Shown here: positions 34,552-44,244 of the stretch, in pieces
Layout of the letters: each line of letters begins with the position of its first letter
Numbering within the stretch: the stretch's first letter is position 1
NCBI GenBank assembly: GCA_035510695.1
Contig: DATKGO010000062.1
Coordinates: forward strand, 1 to 56,707
Length of the DNA stretch: 56,707 nt
From: Patescibacteria group bacterium
GTDB lineage: Bacteria > Patescibacteriota > Microgenomatia > Levybacterales > UBA12049
Reading direction: 5' to 3'
Program-made: the position numbers and the translations under genes
The notes under the pieces: generated by a model
What the model saw: only the letters and a program-made list of their open reading frames with translations
Database searches by the model: none
What the model was told of the DNA's origin: nothing

Positions 34552-35346
34552 ATGGCTACAAAAAAAACAAATTTAAAAAATAATCCTAAGACAACGAAAA
34601 CTCTGGTTGCCTCTGCAAAGGTTACTAATAATTCAGCTAAAATAAAGAAAGTTACTCCGGTTACGGCGAAAAGAAAAACGACTCCAACTTCTCGCAAAAC
34701 TTCTACAACGTCTCATGCAGTTAATGTGGCACCTGTTAATAAAACTGTAAATTATTCAGATCTTATAAAAAAGCAATTGCCGATTCGTCGTTCATATATC
34801 ATCGCAATAATTGCCGCGGTTGTAGTTTTATTTCTTCTTTATACATATAAAGGTGTGTTTGTTGCCGCAGTTGTTAACGATCAACCAATCAGTAGATTAG
34901 ATGTTATTAAATCTCTTGAACAGCAAGGTGGGAAACAAGCTTTACAAAGTATTGTTACGACAACATTAATTAAACAAGAAGCAAATAAGCGCGGTATTTC
35001 CGTTAGCCAAAATGATATTAATAACGAATTAAAGACAATTCAGGGTAATCTTTCAAAACAAGGACAAACTCTTGATTCAGCTTTAGCTGCGCAAGGAATG
35101 ACCAAACAATCTCTAATTGATCAAATCACATTACAAAAGGAAGTTGAAAAAATGGTTGGTCCGGTTACGGTTACAAATAAAGATGTTAGTGATTATATAA
35201 GTAAAAATAAAGCCAATATTCCTCCGGGAACCACTGATGCGGCAGTAAAAACGCAATTGCAGCAGCAAGAATTACAGCAAAAAGAACAATCCTTTGTTGA
35301 AGGTCTGCAAAACAAAGCGAAGATTTCCTACTGGGTTAACTACTAA
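34552..35346 (+). CDS. membrane-anchored SurA-N/PrsA-like chaperone domain protein (no obvious PPIase domain)
   Basis: TACAAT at 34539-34544 lies 7 nt before ATG 34552. Basic N-terminus, one TM, then VVNDQPISRLDVIKSLEQQGGKQALQSIVTTTLIKQEA. Confidence 0.45.
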   Translation: MATKKTNLKNNPKTTKTLVASAKVTNNSAKIKKVTPVTAKRKTTPTSRKTSTTSHAVNVAPVNKTVNYSDLIKKQLPIRRSYIIAIIAAVVVLFLLYTYKGVFVAAVVNDQPISRLDVIKSLEQQGGKQALQSIVTTTLIKQEANKRGISVSQNDINNELKTIQGNLSKQGQTLDSALAAQGMTKQSLIDQITLQKEVEKMVGPVTVTNKDVSDYISKNKANIPPGTTDAAVKTQLQQQELQQKEQSFVEGLQNKAKISYWVNY

Positions 35347-35391
35347 TTTTCCTCTTGACAAACATCTCACCATAGCGTCTAATATAGATAT

Positions 35392-35544
35392 ATGGTAAAG
35401 AAAAAATATAGCAAAAAATCAGCCCCACGATCCCACAAATCTGTTAAAACCTTTGCAGCAGTTGATTATAATTCTTTTATTTTAATTTTAGCCGGAGCAT
35501 TGGTAATTATTTTATTAATCTATTTTTTGACTTTCTTTAAATAA
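35392..35544 (+). CDS. candidate 50-aa tail-anchored small membrane protein
   Basis: MVKKKYSKKSAPRSHKSVKTF... followed by one TM. TTGACA at 35355-35360 and TCTAAT at 35378-35383 lie upstream. Confidence 0.3.
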   Translation: MVKKKYSKKSAPRSHKSVKTFAAVDYNSFILILAGALVIILLIYFLTFFK

Positions 35545-35549
35545 TTTTA

Positions 35550-36995
35550 CTAGCTTGCGGACAAGTTGGAAGTCCACAAGCTAGTATTTTTTATGGTCTT
35601 CACTTGTTTAATATTGTTCGGATTTCTAAAAAAGCCTCTCAAAATTTTGTAGATATCCAAATCAAAACTAATATCCTGACTCAATTGTTCATTAGTCGCG
35701 TCCTCAGTATATTTTATACTGCCGATATAACACCACTTATCAATAATAAAATGTTCTTTCTTTTTATTTAGAGGATTGTATTCTTCAATTATAATCGGAC
35801 CTTTAAACGGCCAGGGTTTTACTTTAATTTCGGAAAAAGCTTGAAGAAAACGCATGTTATATTTTATTGCCGGCTCTTTGCCAATACAAGCCCCTTTGCA
35901 GATGTCCAAACGATATGAGAAGCATGACGAGTTGGTCTTTTCAATTCCAAGTAATTTATCACAAAGTGAATATTCTTTCACCATGCGAGCAAGGTAATCC
36001 TTAGCCTGTCGTTTTGAACGGAAAAAGCCGACAAAATTTTCTAATTCATTGGGATCAATTGTCGTAATAGTTTGCATGAGAATAGTGGGATAATTATTTT
36101 TGTCGGTTTGACTCATTAATGCGATTAATTCATTTTGTTTTCGTAGTTGGTGATTGTATAAGGGCAATAGTTTTTTCACCAATTTGGCTTCCAGAAATAA
36201 AGCACCTAACTCTCCGGCAGTGACAATCGTTTCGATTCGTTCAATTTGCTGCGAAATTTTCATCTCTTTATTATTCCGAATATCAGCACTAAAGTGGGAA
36301 AGTACGCGTTCTTTAATGTTTTTACTTTTCCCAACGTAAAGCGGTATATCATTGGCGGAATAAAAAATATATACGCCGGGTTCTTCGGGTAAAACCTCCA
36401 GGTCTTCATGTTTAAGCTTCATTGGCAGCGAAGGTTTTTTCATCGCTGCCCCCAAGGCTTTTTCCAGTGTTTCCAAACTAAACATGGTTTGAACTTTATT
36501 ATAAAATTGGTAAAGCAGATGAGCGTCTTCATATGCACGGTGTCTATTTTTACAGACTAAATTTAATCTTTGCATAACAGCATCCAGATTGTGGTGAGAG
36601 TGAGTAGGGAAGAGATAACGAGAAAGTTTAACAGTGCAGCATTGTTTGGGAGCAAATTTTATTTCTTCACGAGCAAATTCATATTTGAGAAAACTGTAGT
36701 CAAAGCGCGCATTATGTGCGACAAATATACACTCATCCAATAGCTCAAAAATAGTATTTTTTATTTCTTGAAATGTTGGTTTGTTTTCTAAATCTTTAGC
36801 AGTGATACCGGTAAGTAATGTAATTTCAGGAGGAAGGTGACATTGGGGGTTTAGTAACTGATTATATTGTTGAACTATTTTATTATCTTCAACCCGGATA
36901 ATGCCGATTTCAATGACGCGGTCATATTGATACCGCGTACCGGTAGTTTCAATATCAACAAAAGCGAGTTTTTTCGGTAGCATAAAGTTTTTCAA
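35550..36995 (-). CDS. DEDD (DnaQ-like) 3'-5' exonuclease fused to a GIY-YIG (UvrC/Cho-like) nuclease domain
   Basis: Exo motifs FVDIETTG, VAHNARFDYSFL and HRAYEDA, then GVYIFYSANDIPLYVGKSKNIKERVLSHF. Confidence 0.8.
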   Translation of the reverse strand: MKNFMLPKKLAFVDIETTGTRYQYDRVIEIGIIRVEDNKIVQQYNQLLNPQCHLPPEITLLTGITAKDLENKPTFQEIKNTIFELLDECIFVAHNARFDYSFLKYEFAREEIKFAPKQCCTVKLSRYLFPTHSHHNLDAVMQRLNLVCKNRHRAYEDAHLLYQFYNKVQTMFSLETLEKALGAAMKKPSLPMKLKHEDLEVLPEEPGVYIFYSANDIPLYVGKSKNIKERVLSHFSADIRNNKEMKISQQIERIETIVTAGELGALFLEAKLVKKLLPLYNHQLRKQNELIALMSQTDKNNYPTILMQTITTIDPNELENFVGFFRSKRQAKDYLARMVKEYSLCDKLLGIEKTNSSCFSYRLDICKGACIGKEPAIKYNMRFLQAFSEIKVKPWPFKGPIIIEEYNPLNKKKEHFIIDKWCYIGSIKYTEDATNEQLSQDISFDLDIYKILRGFFRNPNNIKQVKTIKNTSLWTSNLSAS

Positions 36996-37134
36996 TCCTA
37001 ACAGAAAAATTTTCTCATTACAATCTCTATTTTTAGCATTTTCTCAGTGTCCTCTTACAAAATTTTTACTTAAGACACACTGTGCTGTGATTTCAAGCAT
37101 ATATAGTAAATTCTCTTTCTGGGAAACTTATCTT

Positions 37135-37875
37135 ATGAAAAAGTTTTTATTCTCTTTCTATGCATTTTTTTTGCTTTTTTTAAATTTACCTATGACAAGT
37201 CGCGCCCAAGCCGACAGTCCCACAGATTCGCCTTCGCAATCTCCAACTAATACCCAGTCCAGTCCAACCACCTCGGTCTCTAATAGTCCATCTGCAGCTC
37301 CATCATTAACTGCAAGTTTAATCCCGGAAGAATCTCCTTCATCCACACCCAGTGTTTCGTCAGACCCTTCAGGTTCGCCGACGCCTTCTGTCAGTACGAC
37401 CCTTACTCCCACTTCATCAGTGACTCCATCTCAAACCTTAACATCTACGCTTAGTGGTACGCCCAGTGTTACTCCTACAGATACTTCAAGTACAACTCCG
37501 ACCCCAACAAGTTCTACAGATACGTCGACTCCGACGAGTCAACAGGCTCAGACAAATTCCGGGAATACTCCCACACCTACGCCGACCAATACCCCAACTC
37601 CGACACCTACGCCAAAACCTTTACTAATTCTTAGATCAATACCACCTCAAATCTCTGCCTTATTACCGTTAAATTTGTTGGATATGTCATATTATTCATC
37701 GCATAGATTGTCTCCCCAGGTTACACGTAATGCCATTTTTGTGGCGGCCATGTTCTTCATTTTCGGTTTAGTTTTTATTCAACCACAGCCGGTACGATTA
37801 TTAACTATGAAACTACGTAATAAATTAGCAATGTTGTCTTCGCCTTTTTCCAAGAGGATTTCTTTTGAAGGTTAA
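37135..37875 (+). CDS. secreted S/T/P-rich protein with C-terminal TM anchor
   Basis: Signal peptide ending SRAQA. About 150 aa of S/T/P low-complexity sequence including TPTPTPTNTPTPTPTP. C-terminal hydrophobic helix. Confidence 0.55.
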   Translation: MKKFLFSFYAFFLLFLNLPMTSRAQADSPTDSPSQSPTNTQSSPTTSVSNSPSAAPSLTASLIPEESPSSTPSVSSDPSGSPTPSVSTTLTPTSSVTPSQTLTSTLSGTPSVTPTDTSSTTPTPTSSTDTSTPTSQQAQTNSGNTPTPTPTNTPTPTPTPKPLLILRSIPPQISALLPLNLLDMSYYSSHRLSPQVTRNAIFVAAMFFIFGLVFIQPQPVRLLTMKLRNKLAMLSSPFSKRISFEG

Positions 37876-37880
37876 TATTT

Positions 37881-39059
37881 ATGGTAAGAAAATATATCGG
37901 TTATTTACTTATTTTTATAGCAGCATTCATTGTTATTGTGGTCGCTTATTTAAACTCAAACGTTAGCAATCAAACGCCGACGTTTTCATCATATACCTTA
38001 CTTACTTCTTCATTTGAAGCTTATAAAAAACAATTTCTCAATTCTGACGGCAGAATCATTGATACGTCACAAAACAATATTACGACATCGGAAGCGCAAA
38101 GTTACGCATTACTGAGAGCTGTATGGACTGACGATAAAACCACATTTGATCAAGTTTGGCGTTGGACTCTAGATGATATGAAAAGGCCAAACGATAATCT
38201 TTTTGCCTGGCAGTGGGGTAAATTGCCTAACGGTAAATATGGAGCCTTGCCAAACGGAGGAATAAACAGCGCGACCGATGCGGATACGGATATTGCTTTG
38301 GCTTTAGTGCTGGCTGCGCATCGTTGGAATAACTCGAGTTATTTGACAGCCGCAGAAAAAATCATTCCGGATATATGGCGTTTGGAAAGTACAACTGCCA
38401 ATGGTAAACGCTATATTACTGCAGGTAACTGGGCGGTAAATGGTAACGAAGTTGTTTTGGATCCATCATATTTTGCGCCGTATGCCTATAGAATTTTTGC
38501 CGGTATTGATAAAAAAGATAATTGGCTATCATTGATTAATCCAGGATATCAAATGTTAACCGATGTGGGAAATGCGCCTTTGGATACGGGTAATCCGGTC
38601 GGCTTGCCGCCCGATTGGGTAACCATTCAAAAGGATAACGGTGCGCTAAAAGTCACCTCGCTTCCCAATACAACCACGGATTATTCCTTTGACGCGATGC
38701 GGGTTCCGTTTCGAATTGCGTTGGATTATTACTGGAATAAAGATGCTCAGGCGAAAACTTATCTTTTAAATTCATACTCTTTTTTATTGAACCAATATCA
38801 AACAAACCATATGTTGGCGGGAAGTTATAAACATGATGGGAAACCTTCATTGACACAGGAAAATCCGATTATGTATTCTTCCAGCATAGGTTATTTTATG
38901 TTAGCCAATCCGGCAGTTGCTAAAGATATTTATAATAATAAAATTTTGAAATTATATTCAAATGACAGAAATAGTTTTAATAATAATCTAGGTTATTATG
39001 AACAAAATTGGTTGTGGTTTGGAGCAGCTATGTTTAACGGATACCTACATAATTATTAA
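37881..39059 (+). CDS. glycoside hydrolase family 8 (endoglucanase, BcsZ-like)
   Basis: ITTSEAQSYALLRAVW (GH8 catalytic Glu context) and ATDADTDIALALVLAAHRW. Confidence 0.75.
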   Translation: MVRKYIGYLLIFIAAFIVIVVAYLNSNVSNQTPTFSSYTLLTSSFEAYKKQFLNSDGRIIDTSQNNITTSEAQSYALLRAVWTDDKTTFDQVWRWTLDDMKRPNDNLFAWQWGKLPNGKYGALPNGGINSATDADTDIALALVLAAHRWNNSSYLTAAEKIIPDIWRLESTTANGKRYITAGNWAVNGNEVVLDPSYFAPYAYRIFAGIDKKDNWLSLINPGYQMLTDVGNAPLDTGNPVGLPPDWVTIQKDNGALKVTSLPNTTTDYSFDAMRVPFRIALDYYWNKDAQAKTYLLNSYSFLLNQYQTNHMLAGSYKHDGKPSLTQENPIMYSSSIGYFMLANPAVAKDIYNNKILKLYSNDRNSFNNNLGYYEQNWLWFGAAMFNGYLHNY

Positions 39060-39143
39060 TTTCTAATTTTTAATTTAAAATGAAATTTAAAACATTAAAA
39101 ATTCAATAAAAATTTAAAATTAAGAATTGAAAATTATAAACTT

Positions 39144-40649
39144 ATGGAACAGGAAGTAATTCAATATTCATTTGTACAAAAGTTTTTTTTGAGTCTCACT
39201 ATTTTGATGGGTTTGGTCTATTTCAGTTGGTGGTTTGATTTTTCTCATGCAGGCAATTGGTTGTTGTATGGTTTGTTATTTATCGGTGAGATTTATCATA
39301 TTACAATGGCTCTTACTTTTTGGTTGACTATTTGGCCGTATAAACAAAAAGTTTATCCGTCGTTGAATGCGGCCAAAGTAAATTTATCAGTTGCGGTTTT
39401 TATTCCTGTTGTTTCCGAACCTTTGTCGATTATTCGTCAAACTATTCTTGCCGCGAAAGGCATGGTTTATGAGAATAAAAAAATTTATGTATTGAGTGAT
39501 GCTTATGTCGCAGGTCGAAACAACTGGCAGGACATAGAAGAATTGTGTAAGGTTCTAAATGTGGAATGTATCACCAGAAAAAAAGCAGGTGGAGCAAAAG
39601 CCGGGAATATTAATCACGCGTTGTCGGTGATTAATGAAGAAGTAGTGGTAATTTTTGATGCGGACATGAAGCCGAAAAGCGGCTTTTTGCAAAAGGTGAT
39701 GCCGTACTTTTCCGATCCCGCTATGGCTTTCGTTCAGACTCCTCAATACTATAGTAATCAAGAGGCTAACTCGGTAACTCAGGGTTCGTGGGAGCAGCAG
39801 AATTTCTTTTTTGGTCCGATTATGATTGGCAAAAACAATTATAATGCCGCCTTTATTTGTGGCACCAATGTCGCCATTCGAAAGGTTGCTTTAATGCAAG
39901 TAGGGGGAATGTGTGAAACAAATATTGCCGAGGATTTTTTAACTTCTCTGATGATTCATCAGAATGAATGGAAGTCCGTTTATCTGCCGGAAGTTCTGGC
40001 TACCGGACTCGCGCCGTTGGATTTATTATCTTATTACAAGCAGCAATTGCGCTGGACAAGAGGATCACTGGAAGTACTTTTTGTTTTTAATCCGCTGTTT
40101 AAAAAAGGACTAACCTTCATGCAGAAAATTCAATATTTGTCTTCGGGACTTTATTACCTTAATGGTTTAATTGTTTTATTGGACATGATGATTCCGATTA
40201 TCTTTTTACTTTATGGCGTACAACCGGTTAGCTCGAGTACTACGTCATTTGCTCTTTTCTTCGTTCCCTATATGTTTTTAAGTCTATACACTATCTATAT
40301 CGCTTCCAATAATTCAATTAGTTTTAAAGCTTTTTCATTTTCTCAAGCGAGTTTTTATTTACAACTTGTTGCTTTTTGGTCACTTATTACCAGACAAAAA
40401 ATGAAGTTTGCTGTCACTTCAAAAAATAAAATAGAAGGGAATTTTCTTTATCTTTGTTATCCGCATCTTGTTTATATTTTATTAGCTTGTTTTTCTATTG
40501 GAATGGGAATAGAACGTGAAGGATTACATCCGGCAGTGCTTGCAAATGTGGCGTGGGTTATTTTTAATATGACTATGTTTTTGCCGTTTATTGCAGCATC
40601 GATTTCTTGGAATAGAGAACTATCGGTACAGATACAACCGGCGATTTAA
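39144..40649 (+). CDS. family 2 glycosyltransferase, cellulose-synthase-like (no PilZ domain seen)
   Basis: D,D,D,QxxRW signature: VLSDAY, IFDADM, CGTNVAIRK and QQLRWTRGS. Multiple flanking TM helices. Confidence 0.8.
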   Translation: MEQEVIQYSFVQKFFLSLTILMGLVYFSWWFDFSHAGNWLLYGLLFIGEIYHITMALTFWLTIWPYKQKVYPSLNAAKVNLSVAVFIPVVSEPLSIIRQTILAAKGMVYENKKIYVLSDAYVAGRNNWQDIEELCKVLNVECITRKKAGGAKAGNINHALSVINEEVVVIFDADMKPKSGFLQKVMPYFSDPAMAFVQTPQYYSNQEANSVTQGSWEQQNFFFGPIMIGKNNYNAAFICGTNVAIRKVALMQVGGMCETNIAEDFLTSLMIHQNEWKSVYLPEVLATGLAPLDLLSYYKQQLRWTRGSLEVLFVFNPLFKKGLTFMQKIQYLSSGLYYLNGLIVLLDMMIPIIFLLYGVQPVSSSTTSFALFFVPYMFLSLYTIYIASNNSISFKAFSFSQASFYLQLVAFWSLITRQKMKFAVTSKNKIEGNFLYLCYPHLVYILLACFSIGMGIEREGLHPAVLANVAWVIFNMTMFLPFIAASISWNRELSVQIQPAI

Positions 40650-40652
40650 AGT

Positions 40653-42194
40653 ATGGAACAATCACCAATTATTCAGAAACATCATAAGCATATTTTATTT
40701 ACGATCAGTATGTTTTGTCTGATCGGTTTGGCAATTATTATTAATTATATTACCGTATCCAGTCAATCCATTCGTTTGGACGAATCCCAATCATTATGGG
40801 CGGCCACCAAATCAATTCCGGCACTTTTGACTTGGACATCTCAAGATGTGCATGTGCCTTTGTATAATTTAATGTTACATTTTTGGATACAGATATTCGG
40901 TACGAATATTGCCGTTGTCCGAAGATTATCTTTTATGTTTTTTCTTTTGACTTTACCGGTTTTATATAAAGCCTTTAGACAAGTCAGCAACTACAGAGTA
41001 AGTCTTTTAGCGGTTACGATTTTTGCTTTATCACCGTTTATTCTTTGGTATAGCGATGAAGCGCGTATGTATACTTTATTTGCTTTTGCTACGGGCCTAA
41101 ATCATTTATATTTTATTAAATTTTATAATTCCAATGGCGAGAAGTGGAAGTTTGGTTATTTTTTATCGACAATGCTTGGACTTTTTTCGCATTACTTTTT
41201 TTTCTTTTTACTTGTTACTCAGTTTATTTATATGTTAGGAATTATTTATTTTACCAAACCCAGACAACTTCCATTGCTACAAAAAATTCAGATAAGGAAG
41301 GGATTAATTATTCGTTATGTTCAAATTATGTTGTTGTGTGCGGTTTTGTTTCTTCCTTGGGTAATGTTTGTCCTTTCTTCCGGAGCAGCTGCAAATACAC
41401 AACCTCTGATTCCCGCGCCTACGACGTATAATATTTTCCAAGCGTTTATAAATTTTTTATTAGGTTTTCCAAGTACGCAAGTTCAAACACTGGTTATTTC
41501 TCTTTGGCCGTTAATTGTTTTATTATTCTTCTTTATTTTTACCAGACGGAGATCAATGCATATTAAAAACAGCGGCTATTTTTTATTAACGGCATTTCTG
41601 CCGATTGTTATAGTATTTGCGATTTCATTTATTCGTCCTATTTTTCTTTCGAGATATTTAATATTCGTCACACCGTCATTGTTTTTTGTATGCGCCTGGA
41701 TGCTGCTTAGTTATTCTAAGAGAATCTCAAGTGTGTTGGTTACGGCATTTTTAGTGATGATGGTATCTTTACTCTTGTACCAAAATATTTCTAATTCCAC
41801 TCCGGTTAAGGAAGATTATGTCGGAGTTTCAGATTATTTGGATCAGAATGCAACCGAGTCAGATGTTATAGCGATTAGTGCTCCTTTTACTATTTATCCG
41901 ATTGCGTATAGTTATACAGGGCAGGCAGGTATTGTCACGATTCCACAATGGGATTTGTATAATTCCGGTCCGATTCCGCCTTTTTCTTTAAGTAGTTTTC
42001 AGCAAAATTTGGCAACTTATACGACTGAATATAATCGGATATATGTTGTTTTGTCTTATGATCAGGGATATGAGTCAAAAATTAAGAATTACATGGATAC
42101 GCATTATAAAAGAGTTATCCAAAAAACGTTTTCTCCTGGATTGGAAGTTGATGCTTATCAGTTGAGATATGACGCGGTGTTGACGGAGAAGTAG
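40653..42194 (+). CDS. GT-C fold glycosyltransferase (ArnT/PMT, GT39/83-like)
   Basis: About 11 TM helices with an early DE motif (IRLDESQSLWAA) and a soluble C-terminal domain. Confidence 0.7.
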   Translation: MEQSPIIQKHHKHILFTISMFCLIGLAIIINYITVSSQSIRLDESQSLWAATKSIPALLTWTSQDVHVPLYNLMLHFWIQIFGTNIAVVRRLSFMFFLLTLPVLYKAFRQVSNYRVSLLAVTIFALSPFILWYSDEARMYTLFAFATGLNHLYFIKFYNSNGEKWKFGYFLSTMLGLFSHYFFFFLLVTQFIYMLGIIYFTKPRQLPLLQKIQIRKGLIIRYVQIMLLCAVLFLPWVMFVLSSGAAANTQPLIPAPTTYNIFQAFINFLLGFPSTQVQTLVISLWPLIVLLFFFIFTRRRSMHIKNSGYFLLTAFLPIVIVFAISFIRPIFLSRYLIFVTPSLFFVCAWMLLSYSKRISSVLVTAFLVMMVSLLLYQNISNSTPVKEDYVGVSDYLDQNATESDVIAISAPFTIYPIAYSYTGQAGIVTIPQWDLYNSGPIPPFSLSSFQQNLATYTTEYNRIYVVLSYDQGYESKIKNYMDTHYKRVIQKTFSPGLEVDAYQLRYDAVLTEK

Positions 42195-42197
42195 AGG

Positions 42198-43076
42198 TTA
42201 GGGAGTTGGGCTGTCGATTGCCGAATAATCAATTTCCGGAATGTTGCCTTCCATTATGGACGGTAAATTACTCCATGATTGTTTAAGCCGGTGATCGGTG
42301 AGACGATCTTGCGGGAAATTGTAAGTTTTAATTTTTTCCGATCGCATACCGCGGCCAACTTGTGTGGATCTGAGTGAAGAGATTTCTTTTTGTTGTTTTT
42401 CTACTTCCAGCTCCCATAATTTGGCACGCAGCATAGTCATAGCTATTTCTCGATTTTGACCTTGGAAGCGTTCTGTACGGCAAACTACCACTATGCCGGT
42501 TGGTATATGTACTAAACGAACAGCAGTGGAAACTTTATTCACGTTTTGTCCGCCATGTCCACCGGCTCTGAAGGCTGCAAATTCAACATCATCGGGATTT
42601 ATATGTAAATCAATGTCTTCCAACTCCGGTAGAATTGATACAGTTGCAGTTGAGGTATGAATCCGTCCGCGTTTTTCGGTTTCCGGTACTCTTTGTACAC
42701 GATGCACGCCGGCTTCATATTTAAAAGTATTAAAGGCACCGTGACCTGAAATTTTAATGACATTTTCGTCTAGGGATTCCACTTTAAAGCCTTTAATCTG
42801 CGCGTAGCGGGAATACATTCGCAATAATTCTTCTGACCAAAGTTTTGCTTCATCGCCTCCAGCAGCACCTTTAACCTCCAAAATTACGTTTCGTTCGTCC
42901 AGAGAATCATCGTTTGTATCTTCTTCATGAATTGTAGATTGGATGGCTTGTTTTTGGGCTTCCAAATCGGCGATTTCTACTTTTGCCATTTCAGCCATAA
43001 CGGGATCGGCCAAAAGCGGTTTGGCATCTTGGATTTTTTGTTCAAGTTCTTGAATTTGTGTTAAACGGTAATCCAT
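42198..43076 (-). CDS. prfA: peptide chain release factor 1, N-terminally short form
   Basis: GGQ motif ([13 protein letters not shown]). RF1-type tripeptide region [17 protein letters not shown] with no SPF motif. 292 aa. Confidence 0.85.
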   Translation of the reverse strand: MDYRLTQIQELEQKIQDAKPLLADPVMAEMAKVEIADLEAQKQAIQSTIHEEDTNDDSLDERNVILEVKGAAGGDEAKLWSEELLRMYSRYAQIKGFKVESLDENVIKISGHGAFNTFKYEAGVHRVQRVPETEKRGRIHTSTATVSILPELEDIDLHINPDDVEFAAFRAGGHGGQNVNKVSTAVRLVHIPTGIVVVCRTERFQGQNREIAMTMLRAKLWELEVEKQQKEISSLRSTQVGRGMRSEKIKTYNFPQDRLTDHRLKQSWSNLPSIMEGNIPEIDYSAIDSPTP

Positions 43077-43087
43077 AAATTGAGTTA

Positions 43088-43120
43088 TAACATTATAACT
43101 TGATGAACTTTACGAACTTA
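43088..43120. repeat. left copy of a 32-nt near-perfect inverted repeat
   Basis: The reverse complement of 43089-43120 is TAAGTTCGTAAAGTTCATCAAGTTATAATGTT, matching 51083-51114 at 31 of 32 positions. Confidence 0.9.
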
Positions 43121-43131
43121 AAGTAGCTTTG

Positions 43132-43431
43132 CTACTTTAAGGATTGTAGCATTTCCCGAAGCGTCTGGGGGCCTTCCTGCGCTTTGCGTTTGTCTTCTTT
43201 CTTTTTGGTTACAGTTGCTTTATAGGTTTGAGCAGCACTGCGTTTATCTTCAAAGCGTTTAATAGCGGATTTAGAGTCCAGGAAACGCTGCTCGCCGGTA
43301 TAAAACGGGTGGCACTTATAGCACAATTCAACGTGAAGCGTGTCTTTAGTTGATCCGACAGTAAAACGGTTACCGCAAACGCAGATAACCTGAGCTTGAT
43401 CGGTATAATGTGGGTGGATGGTTGCTTTCAT
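43132..43431 (-). CDS. rpmE: 50S ribosomal protein L31
   Basis: MKATIHPHY...CVCGN...CYKCHPFYTG, with a basic C-terminal extension. Confidence 0.9.
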   Translation of the reverse strand: MKATIHPHYTDQAQVICVCGNRFTVGSTKDTLHVELCYKCHPFYTGEQRFLDSKSAIKRFEDKRSAAQTYKATVTKKKEDKRKAQEGPQTLREMLQSLK

Positions 43432-43551
43432 ACGTTCATATTATATCGTAGTTAGGCCAAGTTGGCAAGCTCGTATACAGAAAATGTTTTCTTACAATCT
43501 TGTTACCAAAGCTGGCTTGCTTTACATACAATCTTAAACTATGTTTGTGAC

Positions 43552-44244
43552 ATGCCGCAGTCAGGGGATATTTTCATTCGCTCCCCATCTTTACCCACCT
43601 CACAGCCTCAGAATTGGGTAAAAAAACAACAAATTGTCTACAATGATATGCCTACTCAACAGGGGATAAAACACGGAATGAGTATCTTACGACGTGCTCC
43701 GCCTTTACTTAATAGTATTCTAAATAATAAGTTTTTCCCTCGAATTTTACTTAATGAGAGTAAGGACAAAAGTTATCCTGAAATTTTAACCGAATTATAT
43801 AAAGAAGAATTTAAACAAAAAGAAAGTATAAAAAAGAGAATATTAGGAGCGGTAACCAAGTCGCAACGAATTATGCTTTCTCTATCTTCAATTTTTCCCC
43901 TGGATTTATTTCCAAGTAGTTTAATTATTGATGAAACCAAATTGACTATAATTTATCGAGACTTTTTTGCTTCGGCCAGAATTCATCAGGTAGATATAAA
44001 AGATGTCTCCAATGTTTTTGTAGAATATGCATTGTGTTTTGCCACTTTGAAAATTGTTTCGCGTACCTTTGTGGATAATGTCATGGATATTACAAATCTA
44101 TATAAGAAAGATGCTATGCGGGCGAAAAGTATGATCGAAGGTTTAAGGATGTTTATAAATGAAAACATTGATACATCCATGTATGAAACTGAAGAATTGT
44201 GTGAAAAAATATCTGCCTGTTATGATATAGGAGATAAAAATTAG
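43552..44244 (+). CDS. hypothetical protein
   Basis: The ORF is open from 43462 (TTG). The first in-frame ATG is at 43552. No recognisable motif. Confidence 0.4.
   Translation: MPQSGDIFIRSPSLPTSQPQNWVKKQQIVYNDMPTQQGIKHGMSILRRAPPLLNSILNNKFFPRILLNESKDKSYPEILTELYKEEFKQKESIKKRILGAVTKSQRIMLSLSSIFPLDLFPSSLIIDETKLTIIYRDFFASARIHQVDIKDVSNVFVEYALCFATLKIVSRTFVDNVMDITNLYKKDAMRAKSMIEGLRMFINENIDTSMYETEELCEKISACYDIGDKN

Noticed and set aside
42198-43076. RF2 with a programmed +1 frameshift
   Set aside because: The protein has an RF1-type PxT region (PET) and no SPF motif. The ORF is continuous from its ATG, and no upstream in-frame segment ending in CTTTGA-like sequence is present.
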